Shown: positions 50,728 through 64,000 of the stretch, in pieces | How positions within the stretch are numbered: the stretch's first letter is position 1 | Layout of the letters: each line of letters opens with the position of its first letter | NCBI GenBank assembly: GCA_963769025.1 | Contig: CAVYKI010000009.1 | Location: forward strand, 160,001 to 224,000 | Reading direction: 5' to 3' | DNA length: 64,000 nucleotides | Source of the DNA: an uncultured Verrucomicrobiae bacterium | GTDB lineage: Bacteria > Verrucomicrobiota > Verrucomicrobiia > Chthoniobacterales > Chthoniobacteraceae | The notes under the pieces: generated by a model | Seen by the model: only the letters and a program-made list of their open reading frames with translations | The model's database searches: none | Told to the model about the DNA's origin: nothing | Position numbers and translations under genes: made by a program

Positions 50728-50773
50728 GAAAAGGGGCAAAAACGCCCATTTTCGCGGAAAATGCGGCCTTTTC
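50728..50773. terminator. Nested hairpin between the array and the 3' end of the MmeI-like gene
   Basis: CATTTTC-GCG-GAAAATG inside GAAAAGG...CCTTTTC. Confidence 0.45.
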
Positions 50774-50872
50774 ACACGGCGGATCACTCCTGCGAAGCCG
50801 AAGCTCGCTCCCGATGGGGCCTCAGAACGCCTCCGCAGCGACCGCGGGATCGGCCCATTCAGACCGCGCGTA

Positions 50873-53848
50873 TCAGGCACCCGGGCGGATGCAATCGTCG
50901 GTGAGAAGGCTTTCCGGATTCGGGAAGCCGGCAGGGATGCCGGGCGCGGTGACGGGTTCGCCGTGTTGCGATGCGGGCGGCGACCTGTTGGTTCAGGGCG
51001 AGGAGTTGGGCGAGGAGGTCGGCCTTGGCGGTGAAGCCGTAGGCGGCGAGGACGGCGGCATCGAGGGCGGCGTGGGCGTCCTTGAGCGGGTTGGCGCCGG
51101 GGAGTTCGAGCGTGCGGTAGAGCGCCCTCAGCCCGCCCTTGAGCTTCGGCAACGCCTCCGCACGGATGCGCCGCACCTCCCGCCCGGCGGCGGCGACGGC
51201 GCTCACCGCTTTCGCCTCCGGGCTCTGCGGCCAGGGGAAGGTGTCGAAGACGGATGGCGGCGTGTAGCGGAAGTCTGACTTGAGCTTGCTGCACTTGGTC
51301 ACGAACCACAGCCAGTGCGCGTGCGATTGGAGAATGCCGAAGCTGTAGTCGTCCGCGAATGCGAAACACGTCGAGCGTGTGATCGGGCGAATCGTCCGAG
51401 CGAGAAATGCAAAGATCGGGCGCTTGGTGACGTCGGAGCACGCGATGTAGCGCGGCATCGTTGCGAGATCGCGATCGAGCATTCGCGGCGTCGACCGCAC
51501 GAGCTGCCACCAAGTATCGAGGAATCGGCTTGTGGTGCGCGCGCTTTCGCCTTCCGCAGATCCTTGCTCTGCTCGGCTTTCTTCTCGCCGATCGGGCAGG
51601 ACGCGCTGTTGCACGACAGCGCAACGGGCTTGGATAGCTGACGCCTCGAGCATGTTCCGCGTGCTGGAAGTCGATGACGCACTCGCTCTGGCGAGCCGTC
51701 GCCAGTGAGCAAGTCCGCGCCCGATGAGAAAGGATGAATGACCTCGGCGGTTGCGGGATCGCGCTTGATCAATTCCGCGCGCTCATGCGGCGCTGAGACG
51801 GAAGCCTTCATGCCCGGAGCTCTGACCCTTGAAGCAACGCTTGCGGCTTCGTATTGCATCGCAACGACCTGTGCACCGCCACGTCCGTTTGGTCGGACAG
51901 CGCGGAGTTGATTTGCGCTACGTCGCGGAAGCTCAGTTCGTATTCCTTCGCCGCGCTTTTCCCCTGCGACTTCCACAGCTTCTTCATCGCGGCAGTCGGC
52001 TCGACCTTGAACCACAGCCGCCGCGTCTTCGGCAGCAGCGCGGCGTCCTGCGTCTTCACCCAATTGGCGATGGAGACGTGGACGTTCGCCTCGCCGCTCC
52101 ACGGCTGGTTGTCCACGGCTTCGACGATGGTGCCGTCCTTCACGACGTGATCGAGGCCGCCGACGCGGGATTGGTTGTTGCGGATGTTCTGCGTGCCGAC
52201 GAGGCCCGCGCGCCCGGCCACGGGATCGGCGGCGGTGCAGGTCGCGAGGTGGTCGTGCGCGCGGCGAATCCAATAGACGCAGAAGTCCGCCATGCCGGGC
52301 ACCTCGGGGTAGAGCTTGCGCAGCGTGTTCACGTAGTCGGGGCCGCGCTCGGGCTTGAGCAGCTTCGCGCCGAGGAAGGGCGGATTGCCGATGATGACAT
52401 CGGCCTGCGGCCACGGGGTGCGTGACGGGCTCGCGCCGTCGGGGTCCGGTGGTCGCAGCAGCGCGTCGGTCGGCGCTGAAGTTCTCGTCGAGATTGTCGA
52501 GCGGCAGGGCCTGCTCGGCGATGTGCAGCTCGTCGATGGCGAGCTTGCGGGCGATCATCATCGTGACCTTCGCGAGCTCGACGGCGAAGGGGTTGATGTC
52601 CAGGCCGAAGAAGTTCTGCGCGGTGAGGAAGGAGAGGCGCATCTGGCCCTCGCCCTCGCTGGCGTGCTTCGGGAACTCGGTGTCGATGCGCTCGCAGATG
52701 CGGGCCTCCAGCCGCTTCATCTCGCGGTAGGCGATGTAGAGGAAGTTGCCGCGAGCCGCAGGCGGGGTCGAGCACGCGGAAGTCGTGCAGCCGGTCGCGG
52801 AGTTCGCGCAGGCGCTTGACGGTCTTCGCGCCTTCGATCTGCTCGCGCCACGGCTCGGACGATGGTCGGCCCGACGATCTTCATGATGTCGACCGGGATG
52901 GGTGAAGTGCGCGCCGAAGGCGTGGCGTTCATCGCGCGTGCCTTCCATGCCGCTCGAGCATGCTCGAAGAGGGTGCCGAAGATTTCCGGCTGCACCTTCG
53001 ACCAGTCGAAGCGTGGCGGCCTTGCGCAGGGCGACGAGCTCGTCGGTCGTGCAGCTCCAGCCGCGCGGGCTCGGCGAAGAGGCCGCCATTGAAGTAGGCG
53101 ACGCCCTTGAACCGCCCGCCGGTGGCGCGGCCTTGGTGTTCATCGCCTCGAAGAGGCCGCCGAGCAGGTCGTAGCTGTCGGCGGGCGATGTGCAGTCGTC
53201 GAGGAGCTGGGTGACGAAGTATTTCGGGAGCAGGTCGATGTCCTCGGCGAAGAGGGCGACGAGCATTTGCAGGATGAAGCGCTGGGCGGTGGGCGGTCCA
53301 CGCCGCGCTTGCGGAACTTGCGGAAGCACGTCGGCGAGGCAGTCGGCGGCTTCGCGGGTGACGGCGACGCGGTCGTTGTCGAAGACGGGCTTGGGCTGGC
53401 CGGGGAAGAGGAAAGCCAGCGGGCCGTAGTGCCCGGCGAGGCTGTCGAGCTTCGCGATGCCGACGGGCGAGTCCATCTGCGTCTCGAAGTCGTAGACCTG
53501 GAACTCGTCGAAGTTGCAGAGGACGACGTAGCGCGGGCGGCCGGGGACGAGGCGCGTCCAGTAGTCGAAGGCCTGGCGGTAGTGCTTCGAGAGCACCGCG
53601 CCGCGCTTCTTCATTTCGATGAGGACGACGGGCTTCCAGACGTAGTCGGCGAAGCTGGTGCCGCCGCCGTCCTCGGTGGCCTTGCGGACGCGGAACTCGG
53701 GCTCGCCGCCGACGTCGAGCGAGCCCGCGTGGCCGAAGGCGAGGAAGAGGCGGTCGAGGAAGATCTGCGCCTGGCCTTTTTCGTCGCCGGTGATGTGGGC
53801 CTGCGCCCATGCGGTGAAGGCGGCGAGTTTGTCCGTGGGGCTGTTCAT
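50873..53848 (-). CDS. MmeI-like (type IIG/IIL) fused restriction endonuclease-N6 adenine methyltransferase (many frameshifts)
   Basis: EKGQAQIF, ADYVWK.VVLIEMKKRG nuclease motif, YVVLCNFDEF, YFNGGLF, PEIFGTLFE, LDPACGS, IIGNPPFLG, FRYTPPSVFDTFPWP, HAALDAAVLAAYG. Confidence 0.88.
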
Positions 53849-53945
53849 GGTTCCAGTGGCGCGGGCTGTAGCAGCGGCGCGGGAAGTTGGCGAGCGCCGC
53901 TTGCCTTGATTGGGGTGGGGGGATAACGACTGCGCTCCGCTTTTC

Positions 53946-56900
53946 ATGAATCCCACCCGCACCGCGCTCCGCCGACCGATGACCGTCCTGGTCGCTGGTG
54001 ATCGCGGTGTGCCTCGGCGGCGTGGCTCGCGATCCAGCGGATGACGCGCGACATCTTCCCGCCGCTCGGCATCCCGACGATCTATGTGGCGCAGCCGTAC
54101 GGCGGCATGGACCCGGCGCAGATGGAGGGCTACCTGACCTACCGCTACGAGTATCACTTTCTCTACATCGCGAACATCGAGCACGTGGAGTCGAAGTCCA
54201 TCCAGGGCGCTTCGATCATGAAGCTGCAGTTTCATCCCGGCACGGACATGTGCCAGGCGATGTCGGAGACGGTCGCGCAGGTGAATCGCTCGCGCGCCTT
54301 CATGCCGCCGGGCACGGTCGCGCCGTTCATCATGCGGTTCGATGCGGGCAGCGTCGCGGTCGGCTATCTCGTCTTCTCCACGGAGGATCCGAACATCACG
54401 CTCGAACCAGATGCAGGACCAGGCGCTGAACCGCGTGCGTCCCGCGTTTGCCACGCTGCCGGGCGTGTCGGCGCCGCCGCCGTTCGGCGGCAGCTCGCGC
54501 GGCATCATGGTGAATGTGAACCCGGACCGGATGCAGGCCTACGGGCTCTCGCCGGACGACATCGTGAAGGCGCTCGCGCAGGGCAACCTCGATCAGCCCG
54601 TCGGGCAACATGAATCTCGGCGGGCAAATATCCCATCGTGGCGATGAACGCGATCGTCACGAATCGTGAAGGACCTCGAGGCGGTGCCGCTGAAGCAGAC
54701 GGCGAACGGCGCGGTCTTCGTGCGCGACGTGGCGACGGTCGCGGACGCGCGCGGACGTGACCACTTCCTACGCGCTCGCGAATGGCAAGCGCACCGTCTA
54801 TCTGCCGGTCACGAAGCGCGCCGAGGCCTCGACGCTCGCGGTCGTGGAGACTGGTGAAGAAGAACATCCCGGAATTCCAGAAGCTGCTGCCGGACGGCAT
54901 CAAGGTGAGCTACGAGTTCGACCAGTCGCCGGTGGTGAACCGCTCGCATCAAGGATCTGCTGAAGGAAGGCGGGCTCGGCGCGATCCTCACCGGCACTGA
55001 TGGTGCTGCTGTTCCTGCGCGACTGGCGCACGCGCGTTCATCGTGGTGATCAACATCCCGCTCTCGCTGCTCGCCGCGGCGTTCGCGCTGTGGATCAGCG
55101 GGCAGAACATCCACCTCATGACGCTCGGCGGCCTCGCGCTCGCGGTCGGCATCCTCGTGGATGAGGCGACGGTCGCGGTGGAAAACATCCACGCGCACCT
55201 CGCGCGCGGCACGTCCGCTCGCGCGCGCGGCGCTCGACGGCACGCTGCGAGACGGCGCTGCCGCGTTTGCTCGCGATGCTGTGCATTCTCGCGGTGTTCA
55301 TCCCGGCGTTCTTCATGGTCGGCGCGGCGCAGGCGCTCTTCGTGCCGATGGCGCTGGCGGTCGGCTTCGCGATGGTCGCGTCGTTCATCCTGTCGAGCAC
55401 GCTGGTGCCGATCCTCAGCGTGTGGTTTCTCCGCGGACACGACGAAGGCAGTCCACGATGCGTCCGTCTGTCGGCAGGCTGCAGTCGCGTCTACGCGGGC
55501 GTGCTCCGCGGCGTGGTCGCGGTGCGCTGGCCGCTGGTGCTGATCTATCTGGTCGCTGCGGGTGCGGCGGTCTGGATCATCGGCGGCCGGCTCGGCACGG
55601 AGATTTTCCCGAAGACGGACACCGGGCAGTTTGCGCTGCGCTTCCGCGCGCCGAGCGGCACGCAGGTCGGCATGACGGAGAGCAATCGCGCAGCAGATCC
55701 TCGCCATCATCGCCCGCGAGGCCGGCGGCGCGGACAAGGTCGAGATGACCATCGGCATGGTCGGCGTGCACAATTCCAGCTTCCCCGTGAATCTCGTCCA
55801 TCTCTGGAACGGCGGCCCCGAGGAAGGCTGGCTCGCGGTGCAGCTCAAGCGCGGCACCGGCGTGCAGATCGAGGCATTCAAGGAGCGGCTGCGCGGCGTG
55901 CTCGCGAAGGAGCTGCCCGACGTGCGCCTGTCCTTCGAGCCGCAGGACATCGTCACGCGCGTGATGAGCTTCGGCTCGCCGACGCCCATCGAGATCGCCG
56001 TCAGCGGCCCGAGCCTCGCCGGCGAGCAAGGACGCACGCGGAGAAGATTGCTCGCGAAGCTGCAAGAAGCTCCCCTTCCTGCGCGATGTGCAGATCGCGC
56101 AGACGCTCGATTTCCCGACCGTGAATGTGAAGATCAACCGCGAGCGCGCCGGCCTGCTCGGCGTGAATGTCGAGGACGTCACGCGCTCGCTCGTCGCCGC
56201 GACGACATCGAGCCGCTTCACCATCGCCGAATCTACTGGGCCGATCCCGGCACGGGCATCAGCTTCAATCTGCAGGTGCAGATTCCCGAGGAGCGCACGC
56301 AGACGCATCGAGGACCTGAAGAACGTGCCGGTCACCGCCGAGCGGCGGCAAGACCGTGCTGCTGCGCAACCTCGCGGACATCGACGACCGGCACCGCCGT
56401 CGGCACCTACGAGCGCTACAACATGGCGCGCGTCGTCAGCATCACCGCGAACATTCACGGCACGGATCTCGGCACCGCGATCGCGCGAAATCCGCAAGGC
56501 GATCGCCGAGGTCGGACCTGCGCCCGACGGCAAGACGAAGGTGGATGTGCGCGGCCAGGTCGTGCCGCTGCGAGCAGCTGCATGGACGGCTTCCGCTCCG
56601 GGCTCATCATCGCGGTGCTCGTGATCTTCCTGATGCTCATGGCGAATTTCCAATCCGTGCGCCTCGCGCTCGCCGTCGTCTCCACGGTGCCCGCCGTGCT
56701 CGCCGGCGTGGTGCTCGCGCTGTGGCTCACGGGCACGACGCTGAACATCCAGTCCGCGATGGGCGCGATCATGGCCGTCGGCGTCGCGGTCGCGAATGCG
56801 ATCCTGCTCGTGACCTTCGCGGAAAAGGCGCGCGTCGCGCAGCGCCGATCCGCAGCGCCGCCGCCATCGAGGGCGCGCGCAGCCGCCTGCGGCCGATCCT

Positions 56901-57154
56901 GATGACCAGCTTCGCGATGATCGCCGGCATGATGCCGCTCGCGCTCGGCCTCGGCGAAGGCGGCGACCAGACCGCGCCGCTCGGCCGCGCCGTGGTCGGC
57001 GGCCTCGCTGCGGCCACGCTCGCCACGCTCTTCATCCTGCCCTGCGTCTTCGCCCTTCTCACGACACGCAAGGTCCGCTCCGCCTCGCTCGATCCCGGAT
57101 GATTCGGAGAGCGCGCATCACGCAATCAGCCAACTCCAAGTCCAGACACCATGA
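53946..57154 (+). CDS. RND efflux permease (AcrB/CusA family; many frameshifts; end 57101-57154 uncertain)
   Basis: [59 protein letters not shown]. Confidence 0.9.
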
Positions 57155-58184
57155 AATCTCTCTCGAGCGCCATCTTTTGCATCGCCGTCGCCGCGCACGC
57201 GGCGGATCCGGTGCCGGTGAAATTTGCGAGCGCGAAGCGCGGGGACATCCATCGCTGGATCACGCTGCCGGGCACGCTGAAGGCGAACCAGCAGGCGACG
57301 CTCTATGCGAAGGTCGCGGGCTACCTCGCCAATGTCGCCGTGGACCGCGGCGACACCGTGAAGGCCGGGCAGCTGCTCGGCGAACTCGAAGTGCCCGAGT
57401 TGCTCGCCGACGCGAAGAAATTCGAGGCGGATGTGAAGGTCGCGGAGGTGGAGCTTTCGCGCCTCGTGGAGGCGCAGAAAAAGGCGCCCGACCTCGTCCT
57501 GCCGCAGGCGCTCGACAAGGCGCGCGGCGCGGCGGACGTGGCCCGCGCGACGCTCGAACGCACGAACACGCTGCTCGAATTTTGCGAAAATCACCGCGCC
57601 ATTCGCGGGCATCGATCACGGGGCGCTTTGTGGACAACGGCGCATTCGTCCCGTCCGCGACCGGCGGCAGCGCGGCGCAGAATGCGGCGATTTTCACGCT
57701 CATGGATTTCACCACCATCCGCGCGCAGGTCGCCGTGCCGGAGATCGAGGTGCCGCTCATCCGTCCGGGACTGCCGGTGAAGTTCACGCTGGAGGCGGTG
57801 CCCGGGAAAACATTCGAGGCCACGGTCTCGCGCTCGAACGGCGCGCTCGATGAGGCGACCCGCACGATGCTCGTCGAGGCCGATCTGCCGAATCCCGACG
57901 CGGTGCTGCGCCCCGGCATGTATGCAAATATCCGCATCGCCGTGGAGAAGCACACGGGCGTGATCACGGTCCCCGTCGAGGCGCTGCTCATGGAAAAGGC
58001 GAACGCGTTCGTGTTCAAAGTCGTCGACGGCAAGGCGAAGAAGACCGCGGTGAAGCTCGGCTTCAACGACGGCACGAATGTGGAGATGCTCGAAGGAGCT
58101 CGCCGATGGCGAGGGACTGATCGTGCCGGGAAAGGTGCCGCCTGCGGATGGACAGCCTGTGAAACCGGAGACCGCGCAAAGTAA
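57151..58184 (+). CDS. RND periplasmic adaptor subunit (frameshifted)
   Basis: LYAKVAGYL..V.VDRGD.VKAGQLL, ITAPF, TRTMLVEADLPN, LRPGMY. Confidence 0.88.
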
Positions 58185-58199
58185 GCTGATCCATCCATC

Positions 58200-59551
58200 A
58201 TGAAAACCGCCCCCATTTTCCTCCTCGCACTCGGCGGTGTCGCACTCGCGGCAAGATGCCCCGCGCAGAAAGAATCGAATCTGCCCGCAGCCGCGTGAAC
58301 CTCGCCGCCGTCATGCGGCTCGCGGGTGCGCGGAATCTCGACATCCGCATCGCGGACGCGCGGCTCGCCGAGGCCTGGGCGCAGCACGAGGCGGCGCGGA
58401 TGCAGTTTTTTCCGTATCTCACGCCGGGCTTCTCATTTCGGCGGCACGAGGGGAACATCCAGACCGTGGAAGGGCCGATCATCGACGCGGACAAGGAGAG
58501 CATCGGCTTTGGTGTCGGGAGTGACGCTCCAGGTCGAACTCGGCGAGGCGTACTACAAGGCGCTGACGACGAAAACGCTCGCGGGTGCCGCCGAGCATTG
58601 CGGTCGAGGTGCAGCGGCGCGAGAGCATCTGGCAGGCGGTGTCGGCGTATCTTGAACTCGTGCGCGCAAAGGCCGCGGTCGCGTGGCGGCGGATGCCGTC
58701 GGCATTTCGGAGGACTACACGCGGCAGGTGAAGCAGGCGGTGGATGCGGGCATCGCTTTCAAAGGCGACGCATTTCGCGCGACGGCGCAGGTGGAGCGGA
58801 ATCAGCTCACGAAAAGCCAGGCGCGCGGGCAGCAACGGATCGCAGCCGCGCGGCTCGCGCAGATCCTGCACCTTCCGGCGAAGATCGAACTTCTCCCCGG
58901 CGACGATGCGGTGACGTTCAGCTTCGGCGATTCGCGGCGCAGCCTCGATTCGCTCATCGCCGCGGCGCATCGCCGCGCGCCCGGAGATGGCCATGAGCGC
59001 GGAGCAGCTCGAGGCCGCGATGAAGAACAGCGAAGCCGCGCGATGGGCGCCGGTGGTGCCGACGTTGAAGGCGGAGTATTACGAGGGCGGGCTTGGCGGC
59101 GGCACATTCAGCGATGGCACCGGCTCGTACAACACCACGAGGGAATACGGCATCGGCCTCACGTGGCGCATCGGGCCGGGCGGACTTTTCGATCCTTCGC
59201 GGACACATCTCGCCGATGCGCGGCAGCGCGGCACCGCCATCGAGCGGGACAAGCTGCGCGAGGAAATCGCGCGGCAGGTCGTGGAGGCGTACACGCTCGT
59301 CCATTCGCTCCAGGATCAGCTCGCCCATGCGCGCGCGGCCCTCGGTGCCGCGGAGAAAACCTCGGAACTCGCACGCGAGCGCCGCGCATTTGCCGTCGGC
59401 GAAGTGCTGGAAAGCATCCTCGCCGAAGCAGGAGCTTTCCCGCGCACGGCTCGACCACCTCACGATCGTGACCGAGCACAACCGCGCGCAATTCCTCCTG
59501 CGCCGCGCGATCGGTGCGGATGCCGGCGAATACGCGCAGCGGAAAAAATAA
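58200..59551 (+). CDS. TolC-family outer membrane efflux protein (frameshifted)
   Basis: Signal peptide, NLDIRIA, long helical repeats, V.EAY; third gene of the RND operon. Confidence 0.8.
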
Positions 59552-59590
59552 TCACGCGCACGGTCTGCGGTGCTGCGTATCGTCGCGCGC

Positions 59591-61377
<1,787 letters not shown>

Positions 61378-61483
61378 GGGCGCGTTGACTACCGATGTGT
61401 ACTGCGCATCTCAAGATATATATGTGGGTGCCGGATAATTTGCCTTCCAAGCCGTTGCGCTTCAGGACACTGTTGCGCCCGCT

Positions 61484-62167
61484 ATGAAATCTCTCCTCCT
61501 CATCGTCCCCCTCATTTTTGCCGCAGCGTTCGCACGCGCGGACATCATCATCGAACAGAAAATGGAGTCCGCCATCATCAATGGCAACGTCACCATGAAA
61601 GTGAAGGGTGACCAGGCTCGCATGGACATGCCGAGCCCGCTCGGCGGAAATGTCACCACGCTCATGAATTTCAAGACCGGGGACATGGTCACGCTGATGC
61701 ATCAGCAAAAGATGGCGATGAAGATGAATCTCTCCGATGTGAAGAAGCAGCAGGAGGCCGGGCAGAAGGCGCTCGGCGTGGACCCGACGAAGATCGAGAA
61801 GCCGAAGTCCACGGGACAAAAGGAGAAGGTCGGCGACTACGACACCGAGATTTTTGAAATGAACCAGGGTTCGCTGCAGGCGAAGATGTGGATCGCGAAG
61901 GATTTTCCCAACGCGCAGGCCATCAAGGACCAGATGATGAAGTTGAGCAGCAGCATGGGTGGCGCGGGGTTTGACCCGAGCAAAGTGGACGTGCCCGGCA
62001 TGGTCGTGAAAAGCGAGGTCAGCACGCCCGTGGGCAAGATGACCATCACCCTCGTGAAGGCCAAGGAAGAGGCGGTGGACGAGGCGGAATTCAAGCAACC
62101 CGAGGGCTATCAGGAAATGAAGATGCCCACGCTGCCAGGAGCCCCGGCGCCCGCCGCGCCGAAATAG
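61484..62167 (+). CDS. Secreted DUF4412-like protein
   Basis: Signal peptide; KVKGDQARMDM, TGQKEKVGDY.TE, MWIAKD, EFKQPEGYQEM. Confidence 0.75.
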   Translation: MKSLLLIVPLIFAAAFARADIIIEQKMESAIINGNVTMKVKGDQARMDMPSPLGGNVTTLMNFKTGDMVTLMHQQKMAMKMNLSDVKKQQEAGQKALGVDPTKIEKPKSTGQKEKVGDYDTEIFEMNQGSLQAKMWIAKDFPNAQAIKDQMMKLSSSMGGAGFDPSKVDVPGMVVKSEVSTPVGKMTITLVKAKEEAVDEAEFKQPEGYQEMKMPTLPGAPAPAAPK

Positions 62168-62286
62168 CTGCGGGCTGGACCGGACGCGCGTCCGGTTTCC
62201 CCGAAAGTTTGGCCGCAAGCGCGCCGGAATTCCCGGGCAGCCATGCGGGAGCTTGACCCGGTCGCGATTGTGCTGTCTGCAACGGC

Positions 62287-63216
62287 ATGACTTCGCTTCT
62301 TACGGGCACGACACCTGAACTCGACGTTACGGTGCGCGTGGGCTGCAGCCTCGCCTACGAGGCCACGGGTCCGGCCTGGCTGCTTCTGCACTTGAAACCC
62401 CGGCCGGATCGCCGGCATGCCGTGGTCTTCGAGGCGCTGACTCTCGGCAACAATCTTCCCGCCGAGGAATTCACCGACAGCCACGGGAATCAGGTTTACC
62501 GCGTGGCCCTCGCACCCGGCACGAATTGCTTCCGGCACGACGCCATCGTCTCCGTCTCCTCGCAGCCGGACAATCATGATCTCCCTCCGTCCGCGCCGCT
62601 GTCGCCCGGCGAACTGCCGCTCGATGTGCTGCGCTACACGCTGCCCAGCCGCTATTGCGACTCCGACAAGCTGACCAACTTTGCGTGGGAAAAATTCGGC
62701 CAGGTGGAGCACGGCCTGCCGCGCGTGCAGGCCATCAGCGAGTGGCTGCATGAAAACATCGAATACCGCTACTGCTCCGGACGCTCCGACATCTCCGCAT
62801 GGGATGTCCTCCAACGCGGGTACGGCGTGTGCCGTGATTTTGCGCACCTCGCCATTTCGCTCAATCGCACCTTCAACGTCCCGGCGCGCTACGTGACCGG
62901 CCACCTGCCCGACATCGGTTTTCCGGATCCGGAAAACCACATGGATTTCCACGCCTACGCCGAGGTGTATCTCGGCGGTCAATGGTTCACTACGGACGCG
63001 CGCTTCCACGTGCCGCGCATCGGCCGGATCAAAGTCGCCTGCGGCCAGGACGCCGTGGACGGCGCGTTCTCGACGATCTATGGCGGCGCGACGCTCAGCT
63101 ACTTCCAAGTCTGGGCCTACCAGGTCGCGCGCGGCACCGTCGGCGTCGGTGATCCGCTGGATTTTTCCAAGCGTCTCGACAACCAGTGGAAGGTGGTCAC
63201 GGACCCGCCGCAGTGA
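62287..63216 (+). CDS. Transglutaminase-like family protein
   Basis: YTLPSRYC.SD, GVCRDFAHL, PARYVTG, DFHAYAEVY, D.R. Confidence 0.9.
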   Translation: MTSLLTGTTPELDVTVRVGCSLAYEATGPAWLLLHLKPRPDRRHAVVFEALTLGNNLPAEEFTDSHGNQVYRVALAPGTNCFRHDAIVSVSSQPDNHDLPPSAPLSPGELPLDVLRYTLPSRYCDSDKLTNFAWEKFGQVEHGLPRVQAISEWLHENIEYRYCSGRSDISAWDVLQRGYGVCRDFAHLAISLNRTFNVPARYVTGHLPDIGFPDPENHMDFHAYAEVYLGGQWFTTDARFHVPRIGRIKVACGQDAVDGAFSTIYGGATLSYFQVWAYQVARGTVGVGDPLDFSKRLDNQWKVVTDPPQ

Positions 63217-64000
63217 CGCTGAGCACGAGCCCCGGCGGGAGCGATTCGCCGAAGAGGCCCGCCTGATCTGCACCTTCCATCGGCGTGAATGTGCGGAGTT
63301 TTTCCGCCTTCAGCGGCGCAACGCCGGCCTTCTCCAGACGCGAGGCGATTTTTTCACGCAACGCTTTCGGAACATCCCGCGCGCGGTCATCGACCACACG
63401 TGCGGCTCGCAGGAAGAGCGTCTGGATTTCCGCGAGTTCGGGCGCGGCCCAGTCGAGATTTTGCAATGCCTCGCAAGCCTCTCCGACGTGCGCGGGCGGC
63501 AGGACGGCGGCAGGCCCGGCGTAGAGCGGCGCGCGATTGAGCAGGAGCCCGAGGGCGACGAGGAATGGAGCGCAATGCTGCGCACGTGCCGCGAGATCCG
63601 CGGCGGCACCGGTGAAGTTTTCGGCAAGCTCAGCTTTCAGGTCGAGGCCGAGACGTTCGAGCGCGCCGGCGAGGCGGACGAGTTCGGGCGGCGCCTTTTG
63701 CGCGCGGAGTTTCGGCAGTTCAGGAGCAATGAGCGCCTCCTGCCGTTCGCGACTCAGCCCGCCTGCAACGCGCCGCCACGTGATGTATTGCTGGAGCTGG
63801 ATGCGCTTGCCGGCGTTCGCCTGGCCAGCGGTGTGCATCTGCCAAAGCTCATCGATGCGCGCGGCATCGCGCGCCGCGCCGAAGCCAGGGCGCAAAAGGA
63901 AGCCCGCCATGATGAGCCACGTCTCCTCGTGATCGGCGGACTCCGCGCGGCGGTCGAAGCACCCGAAAAGCGCCGGCCACAGTGAGCGGATGAGCGTCCC
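63197..64000 (-). CDS. C-terminal part of an Hsp70/DnaK-related protein (DUF3731-like domain), 5'-truncated by window edge
   Basis: HEETWLIMAGFLLRPGFG...D..RI..LW, WRRVAGGL...Q, FGESLPPGL. Confidence 0.7.
   Translation of the reverse strand, partial: GTLIRSLWPALFGCFDRRAESADHEETWLIMAGFLLRPGFGAARDAARIDELWQMHTAGQANAGKRIQLQQYITWRRVAGGLSRERQEALIAPELPKLRAQKAPPELVRLAGALERLGLDLKAELAENFTGAAADLAARAQHCAPFLVALGLLLNRAPLYAGPAAVLPPAHVGEACEALQNLDWAAPELAEIQTLFLRAARVVDDRARDVPKALREKIASRLEKAGVAPLKAEKLRTFTPMEGADQAGLFGESLPPGLVLSVTAAGP

Noticed and set aside
51299..54508. 1069-aa ORF as a single protein
   Set aside because: It is a chimera of RND antisense sequence and parts of the frameshifted MmeI-like gene; the real start is at 53848

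Overview
GC-rich bacterial chromosomal window, most likely Verrucomicrobia or another PVC lineage. The supporting evidence is a PVC-type small basic protein, a fused CcoNO, zwf-opcA and prepilin-type proteins. Housekeeping and metabolic genes: eno-ftsB, argF, hppA, dctA, zwf-opcA, ppc, uxaA, namZ-nadD-rsfS, rsmH and carA. Larger clusters: a sialic-acid utilisation operon with a lectin-sialidase-esterase fusion, a complete cbb3 oxidase operon, a type IV pilus/T2SS-like cluster around tRNA-Gly(CCC), an MmeI-like restriction-methyltransferase and an RND-MFP-TolC pump. Many genes carry single-base frameshifts, densest at 47-60 kb, which look like consensus sequencing errors rather than decay. Three signals are the most unusual. 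(1) A 17-copy 21-bp array of palindromic units lies just downstream of the MmeI-like gene, and its stem variants all preserve RNA pairing. (2) A double-receiver-domain/TM/PilN-like fusion with a PilO-like partner faces a minor-pilin operon. (3) rsfS appears to start at AUU. All calls come from motif recognition by eye; no database searches were run.
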